Shown: positions 19,674-29,582 of the stretch, piece after piece
How positions within the stretch are numbered: the first letter of the stretch is position 1
Layout: each line of letters begins with the position of its first letter
NCBI GenBank assembly: GCA_014297435.1
Contig: JACOQA010000003.1
Location: 1 to 64,000 of the forward strand
Direction: 5' to 3'
DNA length: 64,000 nucleotides
Source: Candidatus Nanohaloarchaea archaeon
GTDB lineage: Archaea > Nanohalarchaeota > Nanosalinia > Nanosalinales > Nanosalinaceae
Program-made: the position numbers and the translations under genes
Notes under the pieces: generated by a model
What the model was told of the DNA's origin: nothing
The model's database searches: none
The model's input: only the letters and a program-made list of their open reading frames with translations

Positions 19674-20336
19674 CTATACAGCCCCATCAAGAAAGTACAT
19701 AGCATCACCAAGAGTCTCTATATCTCTTTTAATTTGTCTCTTCTCCTTACCAGTATTAAGAAGATAAATAGTATCTGCTCCAGCTGCTTTAAACCTGTCA
19801 GACATCGAATTAAAGTATTTGAACGCTTTACCGCCCGATCTACCTCTTGGGTCGACTACGAGCGTATCAACATCATCCACAAGATAAACAGTATCCCTTT
19901 TAGAAGGAAGATCAAGCAGATCATATCTCTCACCCAGCTCTCCAAACGCTATAGCTCTACCAGTTAAGTCTCCCGGGTTATCTACATACTCATGCTGTTC
20001 ACTGTAGAGAACATTTTTTCTTCCCAAAACAAGCTCATCAAGCTCTCTCTGCTCTGACTCCGCAAGAGAATCAGTCATTCCCAGTTTAGTCCTGACACTC
20101 CAGAAATTTTCCTCCGCCATCCCAATACCATAGCCTTCATCCATGATATGTCTAGGTATCTCAGGGATAGATCTGCTCTGGAAAACATCTGCGAAAACTT
20201 CAGAGTTATCCGGCAAGTATTTCAGCGCGTCCTCAAGCCCCTGAGTTGCATCCTTGTACAGAAGCATGTTTTGGGGTTCAGAACATTTCAGGAATTCCTC
20301 CATCTTATCTGTATTAAGTTCCTCTATGTCGGACAT
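19674..20336 (-). CDS. hypothetical protein
   Basis: 220-aa acidic ORF with typical composition. Confidence 0.7.
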   Translation of the reverse strand: MSDIEELNTDKMEEFLKCSEPQNMLLYKDATQGLEDALKYLPDNSEVFADVFQSRSIPEIPRHIMDEGYGIGMAEENFWSVRTKLGMTDSLAESEQRELDELVLGRKNVLYSEQHEYVDNPGDLTGRAIAFGELGERYDLLDLPSKRDTVYLVDDVDTLVVDPRGRSGGKAFKYFNSMSDRFKAAGADTIYLLNTGKEKRQIKRDIETLGDAMYFLDGAV

Positions 20337-20421
20337 CAAACAGTCGAGCGCCGAGAAACCTTAAATACAGAGTTTGTTGTACTCAACCATGTAGTTATTG
20401 AAAAGGTGTGGGAAAAATAGT

Positions 20422-20534
20422 CTGGCAGCGTCCTGAATCTCCCGCCTGTAAGGCAGTACCGGTCAGATCGCTGAAGGACTTTGCTTCCGTGTTCGGGATG
20501 GGTACGGGCGTTGCCCCTTCGCTTTGGCCGCCAG
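20422..20534 (-). rRNA. rrf: 5S rRNA (stand-alone)
   Basis: CTGGCGGCCAAAGCG...CCCGTACCCATCCCGAACACGGAAG...GGTACTG...GGGAGA...CGCTGCCAG; TTTATAA box upstream. Confidence 0.95.
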
Positions 20535-20577
20535 TATAGAATAACTCAAAGTTAAAACTTATAAACCAAACGAGACC

Positions 20578-21030
20578 TTAGTCTTCGAGCACACCTGCAA
20601 GTTCATTTCCACGACCTTTAGGTACACGGGAAGAAACCTTTTCGCCCTTGTAAAAACCGCAGCCGACAACCCGTCCGTCATACTCTAGAGCCACGTAACC
20701 TTCCTCACTCATCTCTCTAGAAATCATCTCCTCTCTTTTTAGCAGCTTCAGTAACTCATCTCTATCGAGCTCAACAATATTTTTCTCTATCCTTCCATCG
20801 AGGAACTGGAGAGCATAAGTAGTTGGTTTAAGCCCTCTACCTGTTGTTCTGAGAAGCCTGAAGCCGTATGTCTCGACCTCAAGATCTGTTTCCATCTGTT
20901 TCGAGGTTAGCCAGTAGTCGCCGGAATTCGGAACTATTCTGAACTCCTGCATCCTCTCCCTGTCTACTCCAAACCTGTTTTCAAGGTAGTTCCATGCCTC
21001 TTCGACGTTATTTTCTGAACTTGGCAACAT
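20578..21030 (-). CDS. RsmF C-terminal/NIP7-like PUA-domain protein
   Basis: GLKPTTYALQF, GYVALEYDGRVVGCG; coupled to the NOP2-like methyltransferase. Confidence 0.8.
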   Translation of the reverse strand: MLPSSENNVEEAWNYLENRFGVDRERMQEFRIVPNSGDYWLTSKQMETDLEVETYGFRLLRTTGRGLKPTTYALQFLDGRIEKNIVELDRDELLKLLKREEMISREMSEEGYVALEYDGRVVGCGFYKGEKVSSRVPKGRGNELAGVLED

Positions 21031-21883
21031 AGATCACCCCCGACTGTTGATGGTGTGGATAAACCCTAACGGTTTTCCTCATCTCCTCTCCATACTCGTT
21101 TTCCTGGAAGGAGGTTACACCTCTCCGGTGTTCTGCCTCAAGCTCTATATTTTCCAATTCAAGCCCAGTGTTCTCAACAAGGTGTTGAACAACTTCTTCG
21201 TTCTCTTCTGGCGCTAGGGTACAGGTAGAGTAAACCATTTTTCCGTCCTTTTCGAGCATTCTCGCTGCTTTCTCACCCAGCTGTTTCTGTAGGTTTGATA
21301 GTGATTCGCGCTCTCCTTTATCCGCAGCTGTGAAGTTTCTCCTAGCCTTATCACCTTCTCCCGAGCACGGTGCATCAAGCAAAATTTTATTGTATTCCTC
21401 GTCTTCGGGAAGGTTCCTCGCATCGTAGTTTGTTGCGGCTACACACGCGCTGCCTGTGCGGTAGATGTTGGCGTGCAGAGACTTCATTCTTTGACCGGAT
21501 ACGTCGTTGGCAATAACCTTTCCCTTGTTCTCAAGCTTCGATGCGATCTGTGTTGTTTTCCCGCCTGGTGCGGCAGCCATGTCAAGCACTTTGTCGCCTT
21601 TCCGTGGATCAAGAACTTCAACCGGTACAATCGCACTTTCCTCCTGTACGTAGTATTCTCCCATCCAGTGAAGCATCGACTTACCTGGTTTTTCCGTTTC
21701 AGGAAGACGGAAGACCTCGTTGTTCCAGTTTGCCTGCTCTACTTCCGGAAAGCTTTCTCTTAATTCTTCTTCGAAATTCTCTCTGGCTTTGATCCTGTTC
21801 TTCCTTACAGCGGATAAGGCTGGCTTGCTGACAGCTTCCTTGAAGCCTTTCCAGTCATCTATCAGAGTTTTGTAACGTTCCAT
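21008..21883 (-). CDS. RsmB/NOP2-family RNA m5C methyltransferase
   Basis: LDMAAAPGGKT, LLDAPCSGEG, YSTCTLAPEENE. Confidence 0.94.
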   Translation of the reverse strand: MERYKTLIDDWKGFKEAVSKPALSAVRKNRIKARENFEEELRESFPEVEQANWNNEVFRLPETEKPGKSMLHWMGEYYVQEESAIVPVEVLDPRKGDKVLDMAAAPGGKTTQIASKLENKGKVIANDVSGQRMKSLHANIYRTGSACVAATNYDARNLPEDEEYNKILLDAPCSGEGDKARRNFTAADKGERESLSNLQKQLGEKAARMLEKDGKMVYSTCTLAPEENEEVVQHLVENTGLELENIELEAEHRRGVTSFQENEYGEEMRKTVRVYPHHQQSGVIYVAKFRK

Positions 21884-21949
21884 GCCTATGAATCGGAGTC
21901 AAATCTTTATTATGATTCAAAAAAGTAAGAGCTAAATTGATGGTTTGTA

Positions 21950-22306
21950 ATGAGTCAGAAACAAAACGAAGCGTTCATCGATTCGCACGGTTTCGGACGC
22001 AGTCGGTATTTTGAGACAAAGAGAGACTTCGTGTTAGAAGACGAAACAACCCGCGAAGTAGTAGACCTATTTTATGAAGATGAGGACAAGACGCACTCAG
22101 AATACGGAATAGTTGACGAAATCGATTCTTCAGGTAGTAACCTACAGAAGGAACTTGAGATGCTCGACGGCAATACAAGGTTGGAATTTCTTGTTGACGA
22201 GGGATTTTTGGATAGGGAAATCAGAGACCACAACTCCGCTACAGGTTATGTGAAACAGTATCAGTTCGGCGGACTTCCTGACTACATGGAAGAATCCGAC
22301 CTTTGA
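21950..22306 (+). CDS. hypothetical protein (possible winged helix)
   Basis: RLEFLVDEGFL...YVKQYQ wing-like pattern. Confidence 0.65.
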   Translation: MSQKQNEAFIDSHGFGRSRYFETKRDFVLEDETTREVVDLFYEDEDKTHSEYGIVDEIDSSGSNLQKELEMLDGNTRLEFLVDEGFLDREIRDHNSATGYVKQYQFGGLPDYMEESDL

Positions 22307-22357
22307 GAACTATCAAAACCCTTATAAGGAAACGTATTACAACGTATTACGTTACGG

Positions 22358-22924
22358 ATGTCTATGCCACAGGAAACCAGAGAAGAGAGAATTAGACTAG
22401 CGGAAGAGAATAGCGATTCTGAGGTAGCACCAAGATCCGAATGCTGTGGCAGTAATCCAAAGATGAACTGGTCTGTTGTGGTCCTAACATATGAGACAGA
22501 AGAACAGAACAACATACTGGTTCAGCAGCGTTCAGATGATAAAGACAGGAAGCCGGGCTACCATGAACTCACTGCAGGACATGTAGTTGACTCGGACAGA
22601 AAACTAGAAGACGCCGCAGTAAGAGAATACGCCGAAGAACTTCATGACACCTACCCTGAACAGATAGGTCTTAGTACGGACGACTTCAAATATTTAGGAA
22701 CCTTAGAGAAAGAGTCTGAAGACAATCCAGAGATGCTTGCGGTGTACACCACAACAAGAGATAGTCTTGGAGAAGCAGCAGATTATGCTCCCGGATTATC
22801 CAATGAAGTTGAGTCGGTCTGGTTCGAACCTGTAAACCGTGTTCTGGAGCGAAAAGATGAGGCAAGACCTTACGAATTCACAGATTCTGCCAAACAGGTT
22901 CTTGAAATGGTCTACGAACAGTAA
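22358..22924 (+). CDS. NUDIX hydrolase (IDI-like subgroup)
   Basis: VQQRSDDKDRKPG, AGHV...AAVREYAEEL. Confidence 0.85.
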   Translation: MSMPQETREERIRLAEENSDSEVAPRSECCGSNPKMNWSVVVLTYETEEQNNILVQQRSDDKDRKPGYHELTAGHVVDSDRKLEDAAVREYAEELHDTYPEQIGLSTDDFKYLGTLEKESEDNPEMLAVYTTTRDSLGEAADYAPGLSNEVESVWFEPVNRVLERKDEARPYEFTDSAKQVLEMVYEQ

Positions 22925-22926
22925 AT

Positions 22927-23493
22927 TCAGATATCTTTCAGACTTTGCTGACCCGAATTCTTCTTCCCGAAAGCTTTTCTCAGATCCTCTTCAAGTTTCG
23001 GTCCTTTAGACCTGTCATAAAGTGTTGCTGCAGGATGGAAAACGGGCATGATCTTTCTGCCGTTTCTCTGGAACATCTTTCCATGAATAGAGGTTATACC
23101 TTTCGAGGTATCAAGCATCTGTTTTGAAGCAAAGTTTCCTAAAGTCAGTACAACATCCGGATCGACTTTCTCAAGTTCTTTTTCGAGTAGTGGAGCCCAC
23201 GCTTTGATTTCATCCGATTTTGGATCACGGTTTTCAGGAGGTCTTATCTTTACTAGATTAGTGATGTATAGATCAGATCTTTCTACCCCTATATCATGAA
23301 GAATTTCATTCATTCTTTCCCCAGCTCTTCCAACAAATGGTTCGCCTTCTTCGACCTCATTAGCTCCTGGTGCCTCACCCACAAGCACGACTTTTGCGTC
23401 TTCAGGACCCACTGCCGGAACAAAACGTTCCTCGTTGAAGTATTCGTCGTCAAGCTGTTCGAAGAAACCGCTGTACTTTTGTTTGAAACACAT
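22927..23493 (-). CDS. udg: family-4 uracil-DNA glycosylase
   Basis: GEAPGANE, PFVGRAG, RPPENRDP, FHPAA. Confidence 0.94.
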   Translation of the reverse strand: MCFKQKYSGFFEQLDDEYFNEERFVPAVGPEDAKVVLVGEAPGANEVEEGEPFVGRAGERMNEILHDIGVERSDLYITNLVKIRPPENRDPKSDEIKAWAPLLEKELEKVDPDVVLTLGNFASKQMLDTSKGITSIHGKMFQRNGRKIMPVFHPAATLYDRSKGPKLEEDLRKAFGKKNSGQQSLKDI

Positions 23494-23552
23494 GTTTTCC
23501 GGAGCGGGTTTCAGGCTTTAATATTTAGTCTTCACGCCCACAAGAAATACTT

Positions 23553-23744
23553 ATGGACTTGAAAGAGTTGGATAGAAAACAGTGGTTAGGGATCTTAGGT
23601 GTTGCAGCTGCTGTAACCGGTCTTTTGGTTGTGCCCCCACTACTCCAGAAACTTTACGACATAAGCGCAATCACAACAACATTCGTGATAATCATAATCT
23701 ACTTCGCTGCATCAAAGTACATGCAGTACAGAACTGAGAACTGA
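23553..23744 (+). CDS. small 2-TM membrane protein
   Basis: two hydrophobic helices; TATA-like box upstream. Confidence 0.7.
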   Translation: MDLKELDRKQWLGILGVAAAVTGLLVVPPLLQKLYDISAITTTFVIIIIYFAASKYMQYRTEN

Positions 23745-23796
23745 GTACAAAAATAAAAACTTAGGTTGGAGCTGGTCTCCCAGACTTCCTTTAAAT

Positions 23797-23997
23797 TTAA
23801 GCTTCCGTTACGTTAACGGCTTTTGGACCTCTGTCTCCTTCTTCCTGTTCGAATTCGACATCTGTTCCTTCTTCGACTGTAAGTCCGTCTTCGAGCTCTT
23901 CGTTATGGAAGAATACATCGTCGTCCATCTCGTCAGTCTCGATAAAACCGTAGTTCTTCTGATCATGGAAGAACTTTACTGTTCCTTTCAAAATCAT
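23797..23997 (-). CDS. csp: cold-shock domain protein
   Basis: GTVKFF, YGFI (RNP1), DVFFH (RNP2), GPKAVNV; AGGAGGTG SD. Confidence 0.96.
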   Translation of the reverse strand: MILKGTVKFFHDQKNYGFIETDEMDDDVFFHNEELEDGLTVEEGTDVEFEQEEGDRGPKAVNVTEA

Positions 23998-24100
23998 ACA
24001 CCTCCTTAATAGAAAGTAATTGAGTGCGTAACCTTATAACAGCGAAAATATTTCGGCTTGCCTAACAGATATGATAAAGCAAGGTGTCCAATAAAATAAT

Positions 24101-24301
24101 ATGGAGAAGGTAAACGATTTCGAGTTCGATCCCGGATACCCAAAACAGTTGAACGAAGTAGTAGTGACTAACGAGGAGTTCGAAAAGATCGAGGAAAAGG
24201 TAGATCTTGATGAAAACGTAAGGTTCGGAGACAGAGGCTGGGATGCACCTCCCGGAAAAGTAAAAATCTGGGTCAGAAAAGATGATGAAGAGGAAGACTA
24301 A
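24101..24301 (+). CDS. small acidic hypothetical protein
   Basis: 66-aa ORF with typical composition. Confidence 0.7.
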   Translation: MEKVNDFEFDPGYPKQLNEVVVTNEEFEKIEEKVDLDENVRFGDRGWDAPPGKVKIWVRKDDEEED

Positions 24302-24405
24302 TTTACGTCTTTAACTTCTTATCTCTATTTTTGACTCTTTAAATCTAGCTATACGTTCAACAGAGCGAAAAGTTTTTAACAATTGTAGAATTTTGTTACT
24401 ATATA

Positions 24406-24780
24406 ATGAATAAAACTGCTTATGGCGCAGAAGATGAACAACCATTTGAGAATTCCGAAGAAGTAGAAAGAAAAGTTGATTATATTCTTGAAGCCGAAGA
24501 GAGTCAAGGAAAAGAAGGATTTCTAGATTCAGTAAGAGGCTTACTAAGTAATGTAGGTTCCGGCGCGAAGAACAGACCGTACGAAGCTATTATAGCTGGA
24601 GGTATAGCGTATACAGCATCTCACTGGAACGAAGCTATAGAAATGACAGGAGAACTAGCAGCACAGACCAGCACGCCAGAAGGTCAAGCTATTACTGCAG
24701 CAGTAGGCGGAGGATTTGCATCAGTTTACTTAACAAGCAGATATTTCGAAAACAAAACTGATGTTTCTGACGTTGAGTAG
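24406..24780 (+). CDS. hypothetical membrane-associated protein
   Basis: two Gly/Ala-rich hydrophobic segments; TTTTTAA box upstream. Confidence 0.7.
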   Translation: MNKTAYGAEDEQPFENSEEVERKVDYILEAEESQGKEGFLDSVRGLLSNVGSGAKNRPYEAIIAGGIAYTASHWNEAIEMTGELAAQTSTPEGQAITAAVGGGFASVYLTSRYFENKTDVSDVE

Positions 24781-24792
24781 AGAATAAGAGGT

Positions 24793-24866
24793 TCCCGGCT
24801 CCAGGATTTGAACCTGGGACAAGTCGATCTACAGTCGACCGCTCTGCCAGACTGAGCTAAGCCGGG
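24793..24866 (-). tRNA. tRNA-Tyr(GTA), intron-less
   Basis: CCCGGCT acceptor with archaeal C1-G72, GTCGA-CTGTAGA-TCGAC anticodon arm. Confidence 0.95.
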
Positions 24867-24919
24867 TTATCAACTTCTTCAACATCTTTGAGTTAGAGGG
24901 TAATGCTTTAAAACATGTT

Positions 24920-26284
24920 TCAGGGTCGGAACTCTGTAGACACTTCCCCGGATTCAGCAACTTTCTCATCCTCCACCACTATTTCTGCCGATGGAAGATT
25001 AACACCGCCCTCGACCTCATAAAGAGGTTCTATAGTGTATTCAAGAACTCTTTCTTCCCCTGGAGAAAGATCCTCTAGCTCCCATGCTAATCTTGTGCCG
25101 CGATTGGTTTTCCGGATAACAGGCTCTGAAATTTCAAAATCCCTTTTTACCGAAGCTATATCCGGCACGAAATCCTTTACTTCGAGAGACTCTATCTCTG
25201 AACCTGAAGAGTTCAAAGTCCTGATTCTTACCTTGAGACCGTTCTCCTTCTTAACAACCTCCTTAGATACAGAAACAGAGCTCTGAACTTTTCTGATTAC
25301 TAGGAGACCTACAACTATAACAGATATCAGAACAAGAGGAGGCCAGTAACGTGTTGTATAAACTACTTGTTTTGTCTCCCCGCTATTCAAGTCAAAGCTC
25401 CAGTAGTATGTCGTCTCTCCACCCCCCGTCTTACTTGTGTTAGGGTCTTGGCTAAATGAGGTTAAGGACTCGAGGTAGGACGGAATTGTTGTGTTAAGCC
25501 TGACTTTTTTGGGCGCGTTGCCCAAATTTTCGGCACTGAGAGTCCTCTGGTTGACCAGTATCCTATTATCCATTTTGGATGTTTTCCTGATCTCAGTTAC
25601 CTCTCCCACAGTTACAGACTGAGTTATGTTTTCGATAGAATGTCCGTTCCTTAGTATAGAAAGGTGAAGTTTCTTGTCTCCTGGAGAAACATTAACAGGT
25701 AAATTGAGTTCGAGTCTTTGAGATAATTTGGCGCCAGGCGGAAGCTGGAAACCGGATCTAGAGGTTTTTTCCCCCAGTAGACTAGCCTCGAAGCCAACAT
25801 CTCTAACAGGTTCTGAAGCTGTATTTATTATAGTTAAGTTGGATGAAACAGTCTCACCGGGAAGAAACGAACCAGATTCGGTCGAGTAAGATGTTATAGC
25901 AAGATCTGTGTCCGAATCAACTGTGAAATAGCCCGTTCTTGATTCAAGATTGTCGCCTTGAACGGTTCTAGTATTTATTGTAAAGCCGTAGTTGCCCTGG
26001 ATGGCGTTTTCGGGAGCTGTAATATTTAGTTTGAGAGAGAAGTTTTCTCCTGATTTTACTTTTACAGGGTTGGAGTAGCTGAACCAGTTTGAGGCCTTGG
26101 GAACCGTTTGTATGCTGCTTATCCTGAAGCTGCGGTTTTGTGGCAGGTTATTTGTTCCTTGGAGCGTGAACTGTGCTGGTTTAGTGTCTATAGTGGTTCT
26201 TTCATTTACTTCTAGATTTAGCGGAAAACCTGAAACTAGCTGAACCGTGAATAAGACCAGAAGTACCAGAACGGTTTTCCTCAT
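24920..26284 (-). CDS. cell-surface Ig/CARDB-like repeat membrane protein
   Basis: signal peptide, several beta-sandwich repeats, a TM helix, then a further beta domain (VKDFVP...WELEDLSPGEERVLEY). Confidence 0.8.
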   Translation of the reverse strand: MRKTVLVLLVLFTVQLVSGFPLNLEVNERTTIDTKPAQFTLQGTNNLPQNRSFRISSIQTVPKASNWFSYSNPVKVKSGENFSLKLNITAPENAIQGNYGFTINTRTVQGDNLESRTGYFTVDSDTDLAITSYSTESGSFLPGETVSSNLTIINTASEPVRDVGFEASLLGEKTSRSGFQLPPGAKLSQRLELNLPVNVSPGDKKLHLSILRNGHSIENITQSVTVGEVTEIRKTSKMDNRILVNQRTLSAENLGNAPKKVRLNTTIPSYLESLTSFSQDPNTSKTGGGETTYYWSFDLNSGETKQVVYTTRYWPPLVLISVIVVGLLVIRKVQSSVSVSKEVVKKENGLKVRIRTLNSSGSEIESLEVKDFVPDIASVKRDFEISEPVIRKTNRGTRLAWELEDLSPGEERVLEYTIEPLYEVEGGVNLPSAEIVVEDEKVAESGEVSTEFRP

Positions 26285-26333
26285 AACCAATTATTAATCT
26301 GTTCAGGTATAAATAAAGCCGGAATAATGAGGT

Positions 26334-26663
26334 CTAGAAAGGCGGTTCGTCCGGACCGCCTGCGTCAGGACCTCCAGGCGGTGCTCCGCCAGGACCCATT
26401 CCGCCCATGTCGTCCTCTGGTCCCATCATGGGATCATCCTGCATAGCATCCTCCTGAACTTCGTCCATAAGCTCCCTTACCTCTACAATTAGATCATCTA
26501 GAGCTTTTTCATCTTCCGGATCTTGAATTTCGTTTTCAAGTTCAGAAAGCTTGGTCTCAAGCTTCTTTGCTTTACCTGTTCTTGGTTCCGGAACTGTTTC
26601 CAACACCATCTCCGCCGAGTCAAGTACTGCCTCGGCCTCCTCCCGCTTCTCTTGTATACTCAT
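26334..26663 (-). CDS. acidic helical protein with G/M/P-rich tail
   Basis: helical N-terminal part; tail DDMGGMGPGGAPPGGPDAGGPDEPPF. Confidence 0.8.
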   Translation of the reverse strand: MSIQEKREEAEAVLDSAEMVLETVPEPRTGKAKKLETKLSELENEIQDPEDEKALDDLIVEVRELMDEVQEDAMQDDPMMGPEDDMGGMGPGGAPPGGPDAGGPDEPPF

Positions 26664-26705
26664 ATGGCTTTACCGTCACTCCAGAGTATAAAACTTTAAC
26701 GGTAT

Positions 26706-27830
26706 TTAAACGATCTCTTTCTCAGCAGACTCAACCGCCTTCTCTACCAGAGCCTCATAACCTACTTTTCTCCTTAGCGAATCCATCTCCGACTCTTTCA
26801 TACGTGTCCTCGGGTTATCCGGAGCCATCGTCTGACATGCAGAATTAATCTTGGCTTCCTCGAAAGTTCCAAGCTCCCTGGCTTTTGATGTTATCTCAGA
26901 CTTTGAACGAGTCAATAGAGGTCTATGTACCGGAATGTCTGGAGCGGTTATACGCAGGTTTCTAGGCGTTTGAGAAGACTTTTGTCCAATCGCCTCTCCT
27001 GTAACCAAGCCCTCCAGGTTTTCCTGTTCAGCTATTCTTTCGGCTACTTCAAGCATGATCTTCCTGTGTAGAACCATTCTGCCCCTATCAACATCCATCA
27101 ATTTCTCGTTAACCTCTTTCATGTCGACGATAATTGCTTCCCAGTCTTTCGAAGGATGAAATCTCTTCAGTTTATTTACAACTGCATTAAACCTCATCTT
27201 GTGATCTTCAGCAGCGATAGGACGATTGAAGAAGTAGATTGGGGTTATACTGGAACCTCTTGTCATGGCTTCGTAGGCAGCTACTGGAGAATCGATACCT
27301 CCCGAAATTAGGGCGCCTAGCTTGCCTTCAGAACCGACAGGGAATCCGTCAGGACCTTCTATTTTTTGTCCAAAGACAAAGGCGCCTTCCTGCCTTAAAT
27401 CAATTCTTAACCAGGTATCCGGATTATCGAGATCTACCTGAGCTCCAGTTTTACCTTCTACATGTGCTCCAAGTTCGACCTCTAAATCCCTAGAATTGTA
27501 TTTTCGATCTCCTGCGACGTTAGCTCTTACACCAAATGTTTCTCCAACTTCGATCTCATCTATCTGTTGTTTTATTTTCTCGAGGTTGTTCTCGACCTTT
27601 TTAGCTGGTGAAGCAGATGAAACTCCCGGAACCTTGGATATCAGTTTTGCGGCTTCATCGGAGCTTTTTGTTTCAACTAGAATACGACCCTCTATCGTTC
27701 TTGCCTTTGCGTCAATGTCTTCATAATCCAGGATGTCTTGAACTCTTTGCCTGAGAATTTTAGCCATCTTTCCTCTAACCTGGTTGGACTTGGCGCCCAT
27801 CTCGCCGAATCTTACGAGAACGCAGTTCAT
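26706..27830 (-). CDS. thiI: tRNA 4-thiouridine synthase ThiI
   Basis: VRFGEM, THUMP domain, SGGIDSPVA, TGEAIGQKSSQT. Confidence 0.93.
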   Translation of the reverse strand: MNCVLVRFGEMGAKSNQVRGKMAKILRQRVQDILDYEDIDAKARTIEGRILVETKSSDEAAKLISKVPGVSSASPAKKVENNLEKIKQQIDEIEVGETFGVRANVAGDRKYNSRDLEVELGAHVEGKTGAQVDLDNPDTWLRIDLRQEGAFVFGQKIEGPDGFPVGSEGKLGALISGGIDSPVAAYEAMTRGSSITPIYFFNRPIAAEDHKMRFNAVVNKLKRFHPSKDWEAIIVDMKEVNEKLMDVDRGRMVLHRKIMLEVAERIAEQENLEGLVTGEAIGQKSSQTPRNLRITAPDIPVHRPLLTRSKSEITSKARELGTFEEAKINSACQTMAPDNPRTRMKESEMDSLRRKVGYEALVEKAVESAEKEIV

Positions 27831-28378
27831 ACGCGTCTACCTGTCTTCTCTTCAGGTTTATACTGTCTTGGAAGCTGTTTTCTCATATACTCATCCGTAA
27901 TTTGTGTTGAGTTCTCGGTATCAAGTATTATGAGGAAGTCATCTCCCTGCTTTATCTCATTAGACAGGTTTGCTTCTTCTCCGTTAAGCACAATCTTTCC
28001 TGAACCACACCAAGTTCTATCATAGACATCCAGACACATTTCAGAGGCGTTAGATTTCCTTATCGAGGTGTTAATCGTATTCAGAAAGTTTTTCCAGTTA
28101 ACACCATCAGCGTGAGTATGGACTATGTTAGACTCGTTGTTCTCTAAATGTACATATTGAGAGTTTAATTGGAATCTTTTGGCTGTAAGATCTAGCTCGG
28201 ATCCATTTACTACTATATGGAATAGTGCGTGCCGATGCTTGGGCTCCTCGACCGCATCCTTTATATCGCTCTTAACCTCCCCTATTTTAGCTCCTTCGAG
28301 CATGGCAGGCTGTGTAGCTATCAGAAAACCTGCTGCGACCGAAATAGCTATTACGGTTATTGGAATTAGTCGGTTCAT
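27827..28378 (-). CDS. exported His-rich hypothetical protein
   Basis: N-terminal anchor; HRHALFHI, VHLE, VHTHA. Confidence 0.75.
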   Translation of the reverse strand: MNRLIPITVIAISVAAGFLIATQPAMLEGAKIGEVKSDIKDAVEEPKHRHALFHIVVNGSELDLTAKRFQLNSQYVHLENNESNIVHTHADGVNWKNFLNTINTSIRKSNASEMCLDVYDRTWCGSGKIVLNGEEANLSNEIKQGDDFLIILDTENSTQITDEYMRKQLPRQYKPEEKTGRRV

Positions 28379-28409
28379 GTAAGAAGAAAGAGGTGGGAAA
28401 CGATAAAAG

Positions 28410-28796
28410 TTACTGGATTTCGGCGAAAGCGAACTTTCTGCCGACCGAGGTAACTTCGACGTCGTATGTTTCGTCTACTTCTCCGCCAGGTACGAAGATT
28501 ACGAAGCCATCAATCCTTGCGATTCCGTCGCCTTTCGAGCCTAGATCTTCGATCTCGACTTCTACAATATCTCCTTCTTCTACAGGCTTGTCGAAGTCTT
28601 CATCGTCGTCGTTCGAGGCGTCCTGTGAATCTTCTTGTTCCTGAGAGTCTTCTTCGTCAAACTCTTGGTCGTCGAATGATTCTTCTTCCTCGAAGTCGTC
28701 TTCAAACTGTTCGTTTTCTTCTTCGAAATCGTCTTCGAATTCTTCTTCGTTTTCGTCTTCAAACTGGTCGTCAAACTGAGAATCGAAATCGGACAT
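28410..28796 (-). CDS. TRAM-domain RNA-binding protein with acidic N-terminal extension
   Basis: PVEEGDIVEVEIEDLGSKGDGIARIDGFVIFVPG...FAFAE; AAGGTG SD. Confidence 0.93.
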   Translation of the reverse strand: MSDFDSQFDDQFEDENEEEFEDDFEEENEQFEDDFEEEESFDDQEFDEEDSQEQEDSQDASNDDDEDFDKPVEEGDIVEVEIEDLGSKGDGIARIDGFVIFVPGGEVDETYDVEVTSVGRKFAFAEIQ

Positions 28797-28900
28797 GCTT
28801 ATTACACCTTATCTGTATTGAATACTCTCTGTTTGAACCTTTAAAAATCAGTTAGCTTTTGACCCCTTAGACTAAAAACCGGGCGCATCAAGTTGTTTCT

Positions 28901-29485
28901 ATGCCTCCGGGACAGGGAGACCAGTGTATATACTGCCAGTTGATCGACAACCCTCAACAATTAAATTTGGTTGGGGAGACAGAGAACTTCTATGCATGGC
29001 TGGAGGTTCAGCCAAGAGCTAAAGGTCATACTCAGATCGTCCCAAAAGAACATACAGAATCCGTTATGGAACTCGGTCCGTCGGAGTACCACGAAGCGAT
29101 GGGCCTAGTCAGAGAAGTTATGGAGAAAGCTATCGACGGACTTGGAGCTGACGGTGCATCGATAACTATGAACGTTAAGGAAGCGGGAGGGCAGATGATG
29201 CCGCACATGTATATTTCGGTTTTCCCAAGGTTCGAGGAGGATGAGAACGCGGGGACTCCTACAGGAGCGATCTTCCAGCACCGGGAAGATTTACAGGACG
29301 AATCCAAGTTACACGAGATAAAGGAATCCATGAAGTCTGTAACAGTTGATTTCGAGGAAGAAACTATCGAACCGGATCCAGAATCACAGAAGTTCAAGGA
29401 GAAAAGCGTAAGTTCTGAGGAAAACGGAGATGAGGAAGATGAGCGTTTAACAAGTTCGGACAGAGAAAGCTTCGAGTGGGTCTAA
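28901..29485 (+). CDS. HIT-family protein
   Basis: CIYC, PRAKGHTQIVPKEH, AGGQMMPHMYISVFPR (degenerate triad). Confidence 0.85.
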   Translation: MPPGQGDQCIYCQLIDNPQQLNLVGETENFYAWLEVQPRAKGHTQIVPKEHTESVMELGPSEYHEAMGLVREVMEKAIDGLGADGASITMNVKEAGGQMMPHMYISVFPRFEEDENAGTPTGAIFQHREDLQDESKLHEIKESMKSVTVDFEEETIEPDPESQKFKEKSVSSEENGDEEDERLTSSDRESFEWV

Positions 29486-29582
29486 TCTCTCAGTTTTACC
29501 AATATTGCTAGAAAGGTTTTCACATGAAGAGCGGAATTGCTACTGAACAATTCTTTTAACTTTCAACTCCGCTCCTGAGGTT

